Positions 54,395-64,000 of a stretch of 64,000 bases of DNA are shown here, in pieces. The stretch covers positions 35,588,001-35,652,000 of the forward strand of contig OZ024744.1 of assembly GCA_964016885.1 (NCBI GenBank). The letters run 5' to 3'. The stretch's first letter is position 1. Each line of letters starts with the position of its first letter. The notes under the pieces were generated by a model that saw nothing but the letters and a program-made list of their open reading frames with translations, searched no databases and was not told the DNA's origin. Origin of the DNA: Eledone cirrhosa (Eukaryota). The position numbers and the translations under genes were made by a program.

Positions 54395-55479
54395 GGTTGT
54401 GGTGGTGTTGTTGTTGTTGGTGGTGGTGGTAGTGTTGTTGGTGTTGTTGCTATTGTTGTTGTTGTTGTTGCTGTTCGTAAAAGAAAGACCTATTACAAAA
54501 GCGAAACACCAACCTGAACAATAAGAGCAACAATTACAACAATAATATAAACAAAAACAATAAAAGCAAACAAAAACAGCAGCAACAACAACAACAACAA
54601 TTCAAGTAAAAACAACAACAGCAACAAGAACTACAATAACAGCAGTAACAACAATAACAACAACAAACAAAGTGCAGTGCCATTTGTTTTATTTGCTTTA
54701 ATTTTCTTTCTTGATTCATTACAAGATTAATTATAAATCCTGCTGAGGTTAAATTTGGCTTTCATCCTTAAAATAAAGTACCAGTAATGTACTGGTTTAA
54801 TTGCTGGCCTTGTGATAAAAGTAGAAACAATTATATATTTTCTCATTATTTTTCACTATACAAGTGCCATGCCATGGCACCAAATATGTCACCATTACAT
54901 AGGCCTTAGCAGTTCTTCTTCTTCTTCTTCTTCTTCTTCTTCTTCTTCTTCTTCTTCTTCTTCTTCTTCTTCTTCTATGACATCACACACCACAGTGTCA
55001 ACACCTTTCCCACCCTAATACTACTCCCCTCCCCTTCCAGGGTGGGCTAATGAGTGTGGTTAGTGGTAGATGGTTAGCTCTATATACATATTGGTTAGAC
55101 CAATGCTATATATGTATGCAACTATGAACGTTTATACATCTGTCTATGTTCCTGTGTGTATATATAAATATATATATATGTATTTATACACACACACATA
55201 CACACATAGGAAAAGAGTCAGGACCCCAACGTCTGAGCTCTGGCCGTTTCGACAGCTAGATCTAAACTAAGCCACCTGGTATCTTATCACACCCACTTTG
55301 TTTTATATATATATTTACATAATAATAAAGATACTATTTAGAGTTATGTATATACTATACTATAAATAACTATAAACAAGAAAGGTCAGTAATTAATTGC
55401 TACCTTATTACCAGTAAGAGAAATATATATTTACATATATATATACAATTATATATACATACATAGTATGGTGATGTTC

Positions 55480-56105
55480 ATCCATGTCTGTAAGAAGTTA
55501 TTGGATTTGTAGATCATTTGTGTCAAATCAGTCCTGGTGTTTATGATTGACATAACCTAATGTTTCTTTTGCTGTATCAATGAGTGTGTCTCTCAGACTT
55601 GTCCAAGAGGCTTCAATATCATAATTTGAGTTGACTTTACTTCAAAAGAGTCATTAGAGGATTGTGTGATGCTTTCATTCTTCAACCTGCTGACATAGTT
55701 TTTTTATATGGAACTATTGTGTCTGAATCAGCTTTTCAATTTTCATGTTTATGTGAGAACGAATGAGTTTATGATCAGACCATGTTTCTCCTATTGAAAG
55801 AGCACAAATGTGATTTACATGATGCCTGCTTGTCACACATATAATTATATAATCAATTAAATGATAGTGACCAGATCTTGGCTGTCTCCAATTAGTCATC
55901 AAATGATTAGGTTGTTAGAAGACTGTATTTATAATAAGAAGATTAAATTTTGTAAAAAGTGGAAGCAAAAGAAATTTATTTGAGTTAATCTTTCCAATGC
56001 CATGCCTGCCTAAGACATTTGGCCATGCCAGGTGGTCATTTCCCACTTAGGCTTTAAAGTTCCCTATGAAGAGCAATTTATCACCAACTGGCACTTTTCT
56101 GAGCT
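55480..56105 (-). mobile_element. Decayed BovB-like RTE fragment (APE domain)
   Basis: TNWRQPRSGHYHLIDYII...TWSDHKLIRS; upstream DKLLFIGNFKA. Confidence 0.75.
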
Positions 56106-56459
56106 ACTCAATATAAATTGTATCTCAGAGTAGGACAGTTACATTAAGGACACTTGTACCTTGATAAAATGCTTACTATATGATTTTCTATGTGATTTAT
56201 TAATAGATACTATAATCTTGTTGAAAACTAAAAGTACAATTAATCATCATCGTAATTATCCCTGTTTAACATCCATTTTCCACACTAGCTAGCATGGTCT
56301 AGACGAGTTGTGAGACAAGCCAGGTCCAATTACCATGACATACTCATACAAGACTGGTTTGGGTTTCGTTTCTACAGCTGGATACCCTTACTTAATTATT
56401 TTTTTTTAAACATGCAACTACCCATACACTAGTATCAATACTTAAATTCATACATACAC

Positions 56460-56529
<70 letters not shown>

Positions 56530-56534
<5 letters not shown>

Positions 56535-57486
56535 ATACTTTGGGAGGGTCATGTTGCCAATAAGAAACACACGCACCAGTTGCTTTCACTTCAATTTATT
56601 ATATATTTATAAGTTTACAAATTTACAAATTTACAAACTTATAAATTTCTGGTTGGTTGGTTGGTTCCACAACCAGATAGTTGTTTATATATATAGTCAT
56701 AGTCCTTTCGTCACACACTCTGTGACCTCTTCAGTGACTGGGGATTCCTTTCTTCGTTTCTGTGCCTTTCCTTTCTTCTATCCTACACCATTTTGTTTTT
56801 GTGTGTGTGTTGTGTGCTCAGTTTGCGCATGCGCCACATCCGGGTGTCTGTGTGTGTTTGTGTTCATTTTTCTATTTTTCTATTTATATTTTTCTATTTG
56901 TTTATTTATTTATTTATTTATTGTTGGTTGGTTGTTTGTTCTATGTGTGTGTGTGTTTTCATTTTGTCCTGTGTGTGTTTTCATTTTGTCCTGTGTGTGT
57001 TTTCATTTTGTCCTGTGTGTGTTTTCATTTTGTCCTGTGTGTGTTTTCATTTTGTGTGTGTTTTCAATTGTAAGTTGTTTGTTCTATGTGTGTGTGTGTT
57101 TTCATTTTGTCCTTAGTTGTAAGTTGTGATGTTGCTGTTCCACTCATATTTTCTATTTAATTTTGGTTTTAATTCTTTTATGCTTACTGCCTCTGTAATT
57201 TGCCTAAACATTGCGTCTTTCTTGTGTGTGGATTCTATTTTTATTTCTATGCTCTCTAATTTACCCCTGTGTTCTATCTTAGCATGTTGGTAGAGCACAG
57301 ATGATTCTTTATTATCTTGGAGGTCTCGCCAGTGTTATTTATTCGTTCCCCTATACTACGAGCTGTCTCACCTATGTACACTATATTTTTGTTTCTACAT
57401 TGTCCTTCAGTACATCTTATGCTATACACTACATTTCTAGTTTTACAGTTAATATGGGGGCTTATTTTACAGGTTATACATTTCTT
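56530..57486 (-). mobile_element. Second Penelope-like family: GIY-YIG 3' end plus 3' terminal region
   Basis: CITC...NCKTRNVVYSIRC...YIGETARSIGERI, then HAKIEH...RQITEAVSIKELKPKLN; downstream hammerhead and AATAAA. Confidence 0.88.
56695..56739 (-). ncRNA. Minimal type-I hammerhead ribozyme in the PLE terminal region
   Basis: Minus strand AGTCA-CTGAAGA-G-GTCACA(GAGTG)TGTGAC-GAAA-G-GA-CTA-TGACT: stem I, core, one extra nt after A9, 6-bp stem II, CUA triplet. Confidence 0.78.
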
Positions 57487-57707
57487 TGAAGAAATGTATA
57501 ACCTTTGAAGAAATGTATAACCTTTGAAGAAATGTATAACCTGTAAAATATTAATATACATATATATATATATATACATATAGACGCTTTTTGCGTGTAG
57601 GGATATATACTTTATTACATATATATATATATATACATACATATATATATACACATACATATATATATACATATATATATATACATATGTATATATATAT
57701 GTATATG

Positions 57708-57759
<52 letters not shown>

Positions 57760-58077
57760 ATAAATTAAGAAAGAAGAGTGACATGGTTTGCTATACTGAA
57801 CTGGTAGGTCTAGAGATCGCTACCTGCCTGTTTTTGCGTCAATCGATCACCAATACTTTATAACCAGTCTATTCATCAGAGCATGCGAGAATGAAGGAAA
57901 TATACAGGCATGGCGTCTATATATAGTAGTGGCATTAAATCAGAACAATAATAACGATGCTCAAATAAATTAGCTAGACTGTAAATAGTTAAAATAATCA
58001 CAACATCAATCTAAGTAAGAAATAGAGTATTTCTTACTTAGTATTTCTTACTGGTATATATATATATATATATATAT

Positions 58078-58361
58078 CAGGGGCAAAGGGTGTGTGCATG
58101 CAACACATGCAGTGCATACGATATAGAATCTTGAGTTGATCAATTGCGTCGGTTTAAGCAAGCATAATTTTGGCTGCTTACTAAATCGTAGACACATAAA
58201 AAGATAACACACACACACATACTAGATAACACTACATGCGGCTTTGACTGGGAGGGTCATTTAGAGGGAATTTGGGAGGGGGGGTAAGGCTGCACAGCCC
58301 CACTTTCCTCCATAGCGATTAGACTGCATGCCCTGCTTTCTCAGGTTACCCTTCGCCACTG
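58078..58361. mobile_element. hAT-like MITE (same family as 37059-37464)
   Basis: caggggcaaagggt...acccttcgccactg TIRs in TA context. Confidence 0.78.
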
Positions 58362-59356
58362 ATATATACATACATATATATATATATAAATATTTAAGTG
58401 ATTTATTAATCTAAACACATACATATGTGTATGGGAATTTACGTTTGCATATTTATTCTTTCCTCTCGTGATTTTCTATTATATATATTAATATATCTTT
58501 TCTCAAGTAGTTCATCAATAGTCGACAATGACTGTCTATATGAAATACCATGAGTCATATTATCAGAAGTAAATCTCTTTACTGCTAGTTTCCATCCTCA
58601 GCAGCTTTACTCCAGCTTTGGGTATATGAATGTCCAGTTTTCTCATGTCACATTTATGATTTGTGTGGTTAGGATGTTTGGCTCATGACGATAATTTTCG
58701 TGAATTTCATTCCGGGCAGTGCATTGTGTTTTTGATCAACAAGACACTTTATTACATGTTGCTCCAGTTCAATCAGCTTGCGAAAATGAGTTGTACCTAT
58801 AATTCAAAATATCAGCATTGTTGCTCACTGTTTTAGGTTGAATCACACTGAGAACTACATTATTAAGGGTTTGTTTGTTTGTAGAATGCTCAGCAACATA
58901 CACAACACATTAATTTTATGGCTTGAACACTTGTCAAAGAACAGAAGTTCAACACAAACACATGCACACACACACACACACACACACAGATATGCACTCA
59001 CACATACTCACACACATACATTCACACAGGTTACATTTAGGCACATCCTTACATCTCAATCATTGGGCTCTATTATGATTTCTCTTACCATTAGATGACT
59101 GAATGATATGAATCTGTTTTGTTAATCTAATTTCCTCCATTCTTTAGACATGCCCAGACTACCAATATGTCTTCCTAGCTCTGGTGTTTGGCTTCCTCTT
59201 TGATGATTGTGTTCTTGATCTTGTCTTTTCATGTGATGTTCATGGGTTTGGTATTTTGTCCAATAAGGAATATTCTACTCTCAATGGTTTTCTGCCTGAA
59301 TAAACTTTGTTCTTCATCCAATCCATGTAAGCATGGAAGAAAAAAGAGCATAACAA

Positions 59357-59731
59357 TGGTTTCTAATCTAGGCACAAGGTCAACAATCTGTGGTGGAATG
59401 GCGTGGGTGGGGGATTGTTGATTAAATCAACCCCAGTAGCTTGACTGGTACTTTATTTTATCGACCTCGGAAGGATGAAATGCAAAGTTGACTTCAGTGA
59501 GACTTGAACTCAAATTGTAAAGAGTCAGAACAAATACTGCAACAACCTTTTATCTGATGCTTTACATATTCTGCCAATAATAATTGTTTCTACTTTAGAC
59601 ACAAGGCCAGCAATTACCCAGTGAATTACTGGTACTTTATTTTATTGACCCTGTAAGGATGAACTCAGAACATAAAGGGCCATAACTATGCTGCAAAGCA
59701 TAGTGTCTGATGCTCTACCAATGCTGCCAAT
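59357..59731 (-). mobile_element. Two tandem SINE-B copies
   Basis: About 59357-59578 (diverged) and 59583-59731 (internally deleted). Confidence 0.8.
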
Positions 59732-59845
59732 AATAATGATGACTCTCACTCACTTTCTCTCTCTGAACTTCTCTCCCTCAACCTCTCTACCTTCATATGT
59801 ACTCTAATTCCATTTAAAAAAAAATGTTCTTATTACTTTGAACAG

Positions 59846-59986
59846 TGAAAATGGTAAAGGACCTGCCATTCCTTACTCATCATGAACAGCCTACCATTGC
59901 AATCATCACCAGCCTTTACTCTGAGAAACTGGCTGTAGATGCTATGATTGAGGAGAAATCTACTTACTTCAAGAACAAAACTGATG
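59846..59986 (+). CDS. Internal coding exon C (start of nucleoside phosphorylase PNP_UDP_1-like domain)
   Basis: tactttgaacAG acceptor; 2+46 codons+1: KMVKDLPFLTHHEQPTIAIITSLYSEKLAVDAMIEEKSTYFKNKTD(G); GTAAGA donor; IAIIT.L..E..AV matches the first strand/helix of the PNP/MTAN fold. Confidence 0.82.
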
Positions 59987-60897
59987 GTAAGATTCCAAAT
60001 ATTCCAGTTAAATTCTTCTTTAATCTGTCTTGATATATTGGCATCTTAACACCTTGGTTTTTTTCTCCAAGGAAAAGAAGTCATTTTTCCAGAACAACCA
60101 ACAAAACTATGTTTCCATTTTTTAAAATTGTTATCATTGTTGAACATTCTGTCAGTTTTAATTCTTGCCAGAGGCACCACTGATTTTTCACAGATAGAAA
60201 GCAGGATTTGAACTTGGAATATATAGAGCTTGAAAATATATCACAAAACATCATGTTTAATGCTTTAAAATTTCTACCAATCCACTACCACTGGACTCTA
60301 AAAGGACGAAAAGTTGAGTTGACCTCAGCAAAAGTTGAACTCTATTATAGCAAATCATACTTTCTGACATGCTAACAATTCAGCCAATTCTCTCATCTAA
60401 TGTTTACATATGTATATGTATAAATATATATATATATTTCAATAATCTGTGTTGGTTGATTCAAGCAATCAACCAACTATGGAATAATCAAGCATAGGTA
60501 CTCCACATCTTGAATATCCATAATGATGTTACATACATATATAGTGTCAGACAGAGTATCTGTATTAAGAAAGGAGAAGAGAGATGGTTTTTACATATTC
60601 AACTTCAATTTTTTTGTTTTACATCATACCTGTTATATAAATTTCAAAGGCATTAAAATGTTCTTATGAAATAGTTAGTTAATACATTTTCATCAGAAGT
60701 GCTAAAAATGAAAAAAAATACTGTTTTTGGTTTGGTTTTTGATATGCCTGCAATCGAAGAGGTGTTGTTCATTTGGGCTACAGCTGGCAGGGCATGTCAA
60801 AAACTCCAAACCCAAACATTATATACATTTCTGCACCTGTCTAATGATAAAGCATTAAATAACTATTACATAAGGACATTTCAATGCCTTTAAAATC

Positions 60898-61244
60898 ATT
60901 TCATCATCATCATCATTTCATTTTACGTCCGCTTTTTCCCTGCTTGCAAGGGTGGGACGGGAAATGATTCTGGCTTGATTTCTACAGCTGGATGCCCTTC
61001 CTAACACCAACCTCATTTACAGTGAGTGCTGGGTGCTTTTTTGCCGTGGCACCTCCACGACCACTTTGCAGTGGAATGATATGGACCCCAGTCCCTATCA
61101 TCTCATTTCTACAGCTGAGTAAACTGGAGCAATGTGAAATAAAGTGTCTTGTTCAAGGAAACAACACATCACCCGGTCTGAGAATTGAACTCACAACCTT
61201 TTGATTGCAAGGCCAATGCTCTAACCACTAAGCCATGTGCCTCC
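60898..61244 (-). mobile_element. SINE family A
   Basis: Full-length match to other copies. Confidence 0.9.
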
Positions 61245-61654
61245 ATGTACATAAAAAAACTGAATAAACTGAAGTTGAATATCTAAAACCATCTCTTTTC
61301 TACTTTCTTAATATATATATATATACATATTTACACACACATATATATATGTACACTCTCATACACTCTTCCATATATAGTTTAAAAGTTCATGTATAAA
61401 TTCACTCTCTTATTTGTAAGTGAAGGCAGGTAGCTTAGTGATTACGGTGTTCGGCTCATGATTGTAAAGTCAAACGTTCCACTACTAGCATCATATTGTG
61501 TCATTTTATTTCACTCAGCTGGTAAAAAATGAGTTGCATCTGTAATTGAAAGGGGCCAGATTTGTCACATCCCAGTTGCATCTGTAATAGAAAGGGGCCA
61601 GATTTGTCACATCCCACACTGTGTCATGCTGAATTTCCCTAAGATCTAACTTAA

Positions 61655-61971
61655 CCCTTTCATCGCTGCATTTCTAATGAAATACACTGTATTTCAATTT
61701 ATTGAGGAATTTACTAAAATTATTAATTATTTCATTACTAAGATAGTGACTTAATCTTTAGCAAGCTAGTAATTTTTATGAATTATTTCCTTTGACACTA
61801 TATTATCTATTATGGGGAGATTACTATTATGGCACCATGTGTCACCTACAGCATGTTGAGGGTTCATCTATAAAATTATGTTGGAAGATTTTTATTTATA
61901 TATAACCTTTAAAATGGGTGGTTTTATTTTATAGAAGCAGAGCAGGTTTTGTCTGGGTTGGTAATAAAAGG
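61655..61971. mobile_element. piggyBac-like MITE
   Basis: ttaa-ccctttt...aaaaggg-ttaa. Confidence 0.65.
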
Positions 61972-62650
61972 GTTAAGAGTACACATATCTGAGGAATGCT
62001 CAACCACTGACATATTAATTTCATGAATAGGTTGTCTCATTCATCAAATTGCCTAGAACATTTGTCACTGGAATTGATAGAGGTCCAGCAGACACTATTT
62101 GTAAGTGAGTGAGTGTGTTATATGATGTAAAACTGGAACTAGTCTCTAACTAAACATGTTAAACACTTTATTCCCTAAATTCAACCTGTTCAACATTTTA
62201 TCTGCAAACACAGCAAGAAAACTTGTGACACATTATTTTATTTATTTATTTTATTTATTTATCCGAAAAAGTTATTTCCATGAAAGGTGTAGCTGAGAAA
62301 AAGCAACCGAAAAAATGTTTATAGTTCGTTTGGTAAAATGTCTAATGCAATTAACTGTAGTTTTAAATATTTCAATTAAGAATTAAGAAAGGTCAGGGTA
62401 ATGTATGGGGGTGGGCATCTGGAAAGCAACAACAGAGCTAATTTATAATGTATTTCTTCTAGAATGACAGACTGTCACCTGGCAGGTAGATGAGTCTTGG
62501 AGACAGAAAGTATTGAAAGTGAGAGAGAGAGAGAGTTAAATTATTCTTTAATTGTGAAGTGAGTTGTGTACTGTTCTGCTTGTTGGGGATGATAATAATC
62601 ATAGGTGGTGGGAGTAGCAGTTGTGATTATTATTATTATTAACATCATCA

Positions 62651-63098
62651 GGGCGTTGGATTAGCAGTATCAGTAGAGCATTGGACACCATGCTTTGTAG
62701 CATATTGTTATTGCCTTTTACATTCTAAGTTCAAATCCTGTAGAGGTTAGCTTTACCTTTCATCCTTACGGAGTCAATAAATAAATTACCAGTAATGCAC
62801 TGGGGTCGTTTTAATCGACTTTCCCCTCCCCTTCATCATCATCCTCATTATCCTCACCTTCATCAGACAACAAGTGGTAGTTAGTTGGGGATTGGCAGAA
62901 TCTTTAGGGTGCTGACCAAAATGCTTTCTGCTATTTTTTCTGGCTCTTTACATTCTGAGTTCAAATCCCACAGGTATTATCTTTGACTTCCTTCTTTTTG
63001 ATATCGATACACTAAAGTATCATTGAAATACTGAGATCAATATAATTGACTAACCCTTCCCACATGAATTTGTGGTCTTGTGCCTCTGTTAGAAGTTA
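62651..63098 (+). mobile_element. Two diverged SINE-B copies
   Basis: About 62651-62832 and 62882-63098 with gttcaaatcc B box and family tail. Confidence 0.75.
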
Positions 63099-64000
63099 AT
63101 TTATTAAGTACTATTTCTAGCAGGTCAGGTGACCATGTTGATGTTCCTTTGCCCCCTTGATACACTGGTAATATCTTCTTCTGTAAACTATTTTTACCCC
63201 AAGTACTAGCCGTCTTTGAATGTCTCTGTTTCTTTTTGGTGAACTGGAAATGCATAAACATATTATTTCGTATAACCTGATTATTTTTCCTTCTTATAAT
63301 GGAAGATATTAAAAAAAAAGACTGTTGATCACTCTTGCCTGAATAAGTAAAAAAAAAAAAGAATGGATTCTGTAAATCCACTATTACAGCAAATGATTTT
63401 CTTGTTTTTACTTTTCTTTATCTCTTCTTATTGAAAGAATTTTTATAAGTATTAACTTTGTGAAAACAAATTGTAGGAATCTAACTTTTTCTTCTTATCT
63501 GCAAAGAAAAAATAGTGAGAGAGATGTACGTCTATCGCTTATGTTTTAATTCCTAAACTCCTTTCTTCTCTAAAAAAGAAAACTAACTACCTGTCTATTA
63601 TACTCATGCAAAAGAAACTTATTAATTTTATCTATAAAAATAATAGAAAAAGGAGTATATTCTTATTTTTTTAAATTTCTTGTCTCTTCTCTCCAACATT
63701 TTTTCTCTCTATACTTAATTTAAAACAAGAGACTTGAATGTATAAAGATAAAACTATTGACTATATACCCTAATATCCTCTTAATTTGATAAGCTGTGCT
63801 GAAGATGCATAATATTACAGAAGTGCTCTAGTATGCTGATTACAGATATAAGCTATGAAATAAGTTAAATTAAGTCAAAACTGGTTTTATAAATAAGACC
63901 TTTTCACTTGCTTGAAAAGAAAGCAATAAAACAAAATGTTTTTCACATTTGTGTCCAGTTCTTTCTCTTCTTCCAAAGAAAAACAACAACAAATAAAAAA

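Noticed and set aside
53057-54524. Poly-Pro/Gly/Leu ORFs (formin- or extensin-like)
   Set aside because: Start inside a SINE and consist of CCA or TTG microsatellites.
57770-57885. Minus-strand CTGATGA...GCAAAC-CAT-GTC hammerhead candidate
   Set aside because: GAAA is altered and no stem I complementarity is present.

Overview
AT-rich, repeat-saturated animal genomic DNA. The SINE/LINE/microsatellite make-up suggests a coleoid cephalopod such as an octopus (inference, not verified). Almost all long ORFs in the track are microsatellite artefacts. The one host-gene signal is three phase-compatible GT-AG exons on + (41767-41830, 49555-49691, 59846-59986). They encode a putative winged-helix segment followed by the start of a nucleoside phosphorylase (PNP_UDP_1-like) domain. 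The rest is intronic or intergenic: several RTE LINE families (one with a PHD-type finger inside ORF2), a near-full-length decayed R4/Dong element plus fragments, CRE- and HERO-like relics, three Penelope-like (GIY-YIG) elements, two tRNA-derived SINE families, hAT/piggyBac-like MITEs, a Helitron end, a 36-bp minisatellite, a 5.4-kb (CCA)n-derived array and a 200-N gap. Hidden RNA structures include two intact-looking minimal type-I hammerhead ribozymes (1177-1232 +, 56695-56739 -), several degenerate ones, and long fold-back palindromes. All family names come from motif recognition by eye.
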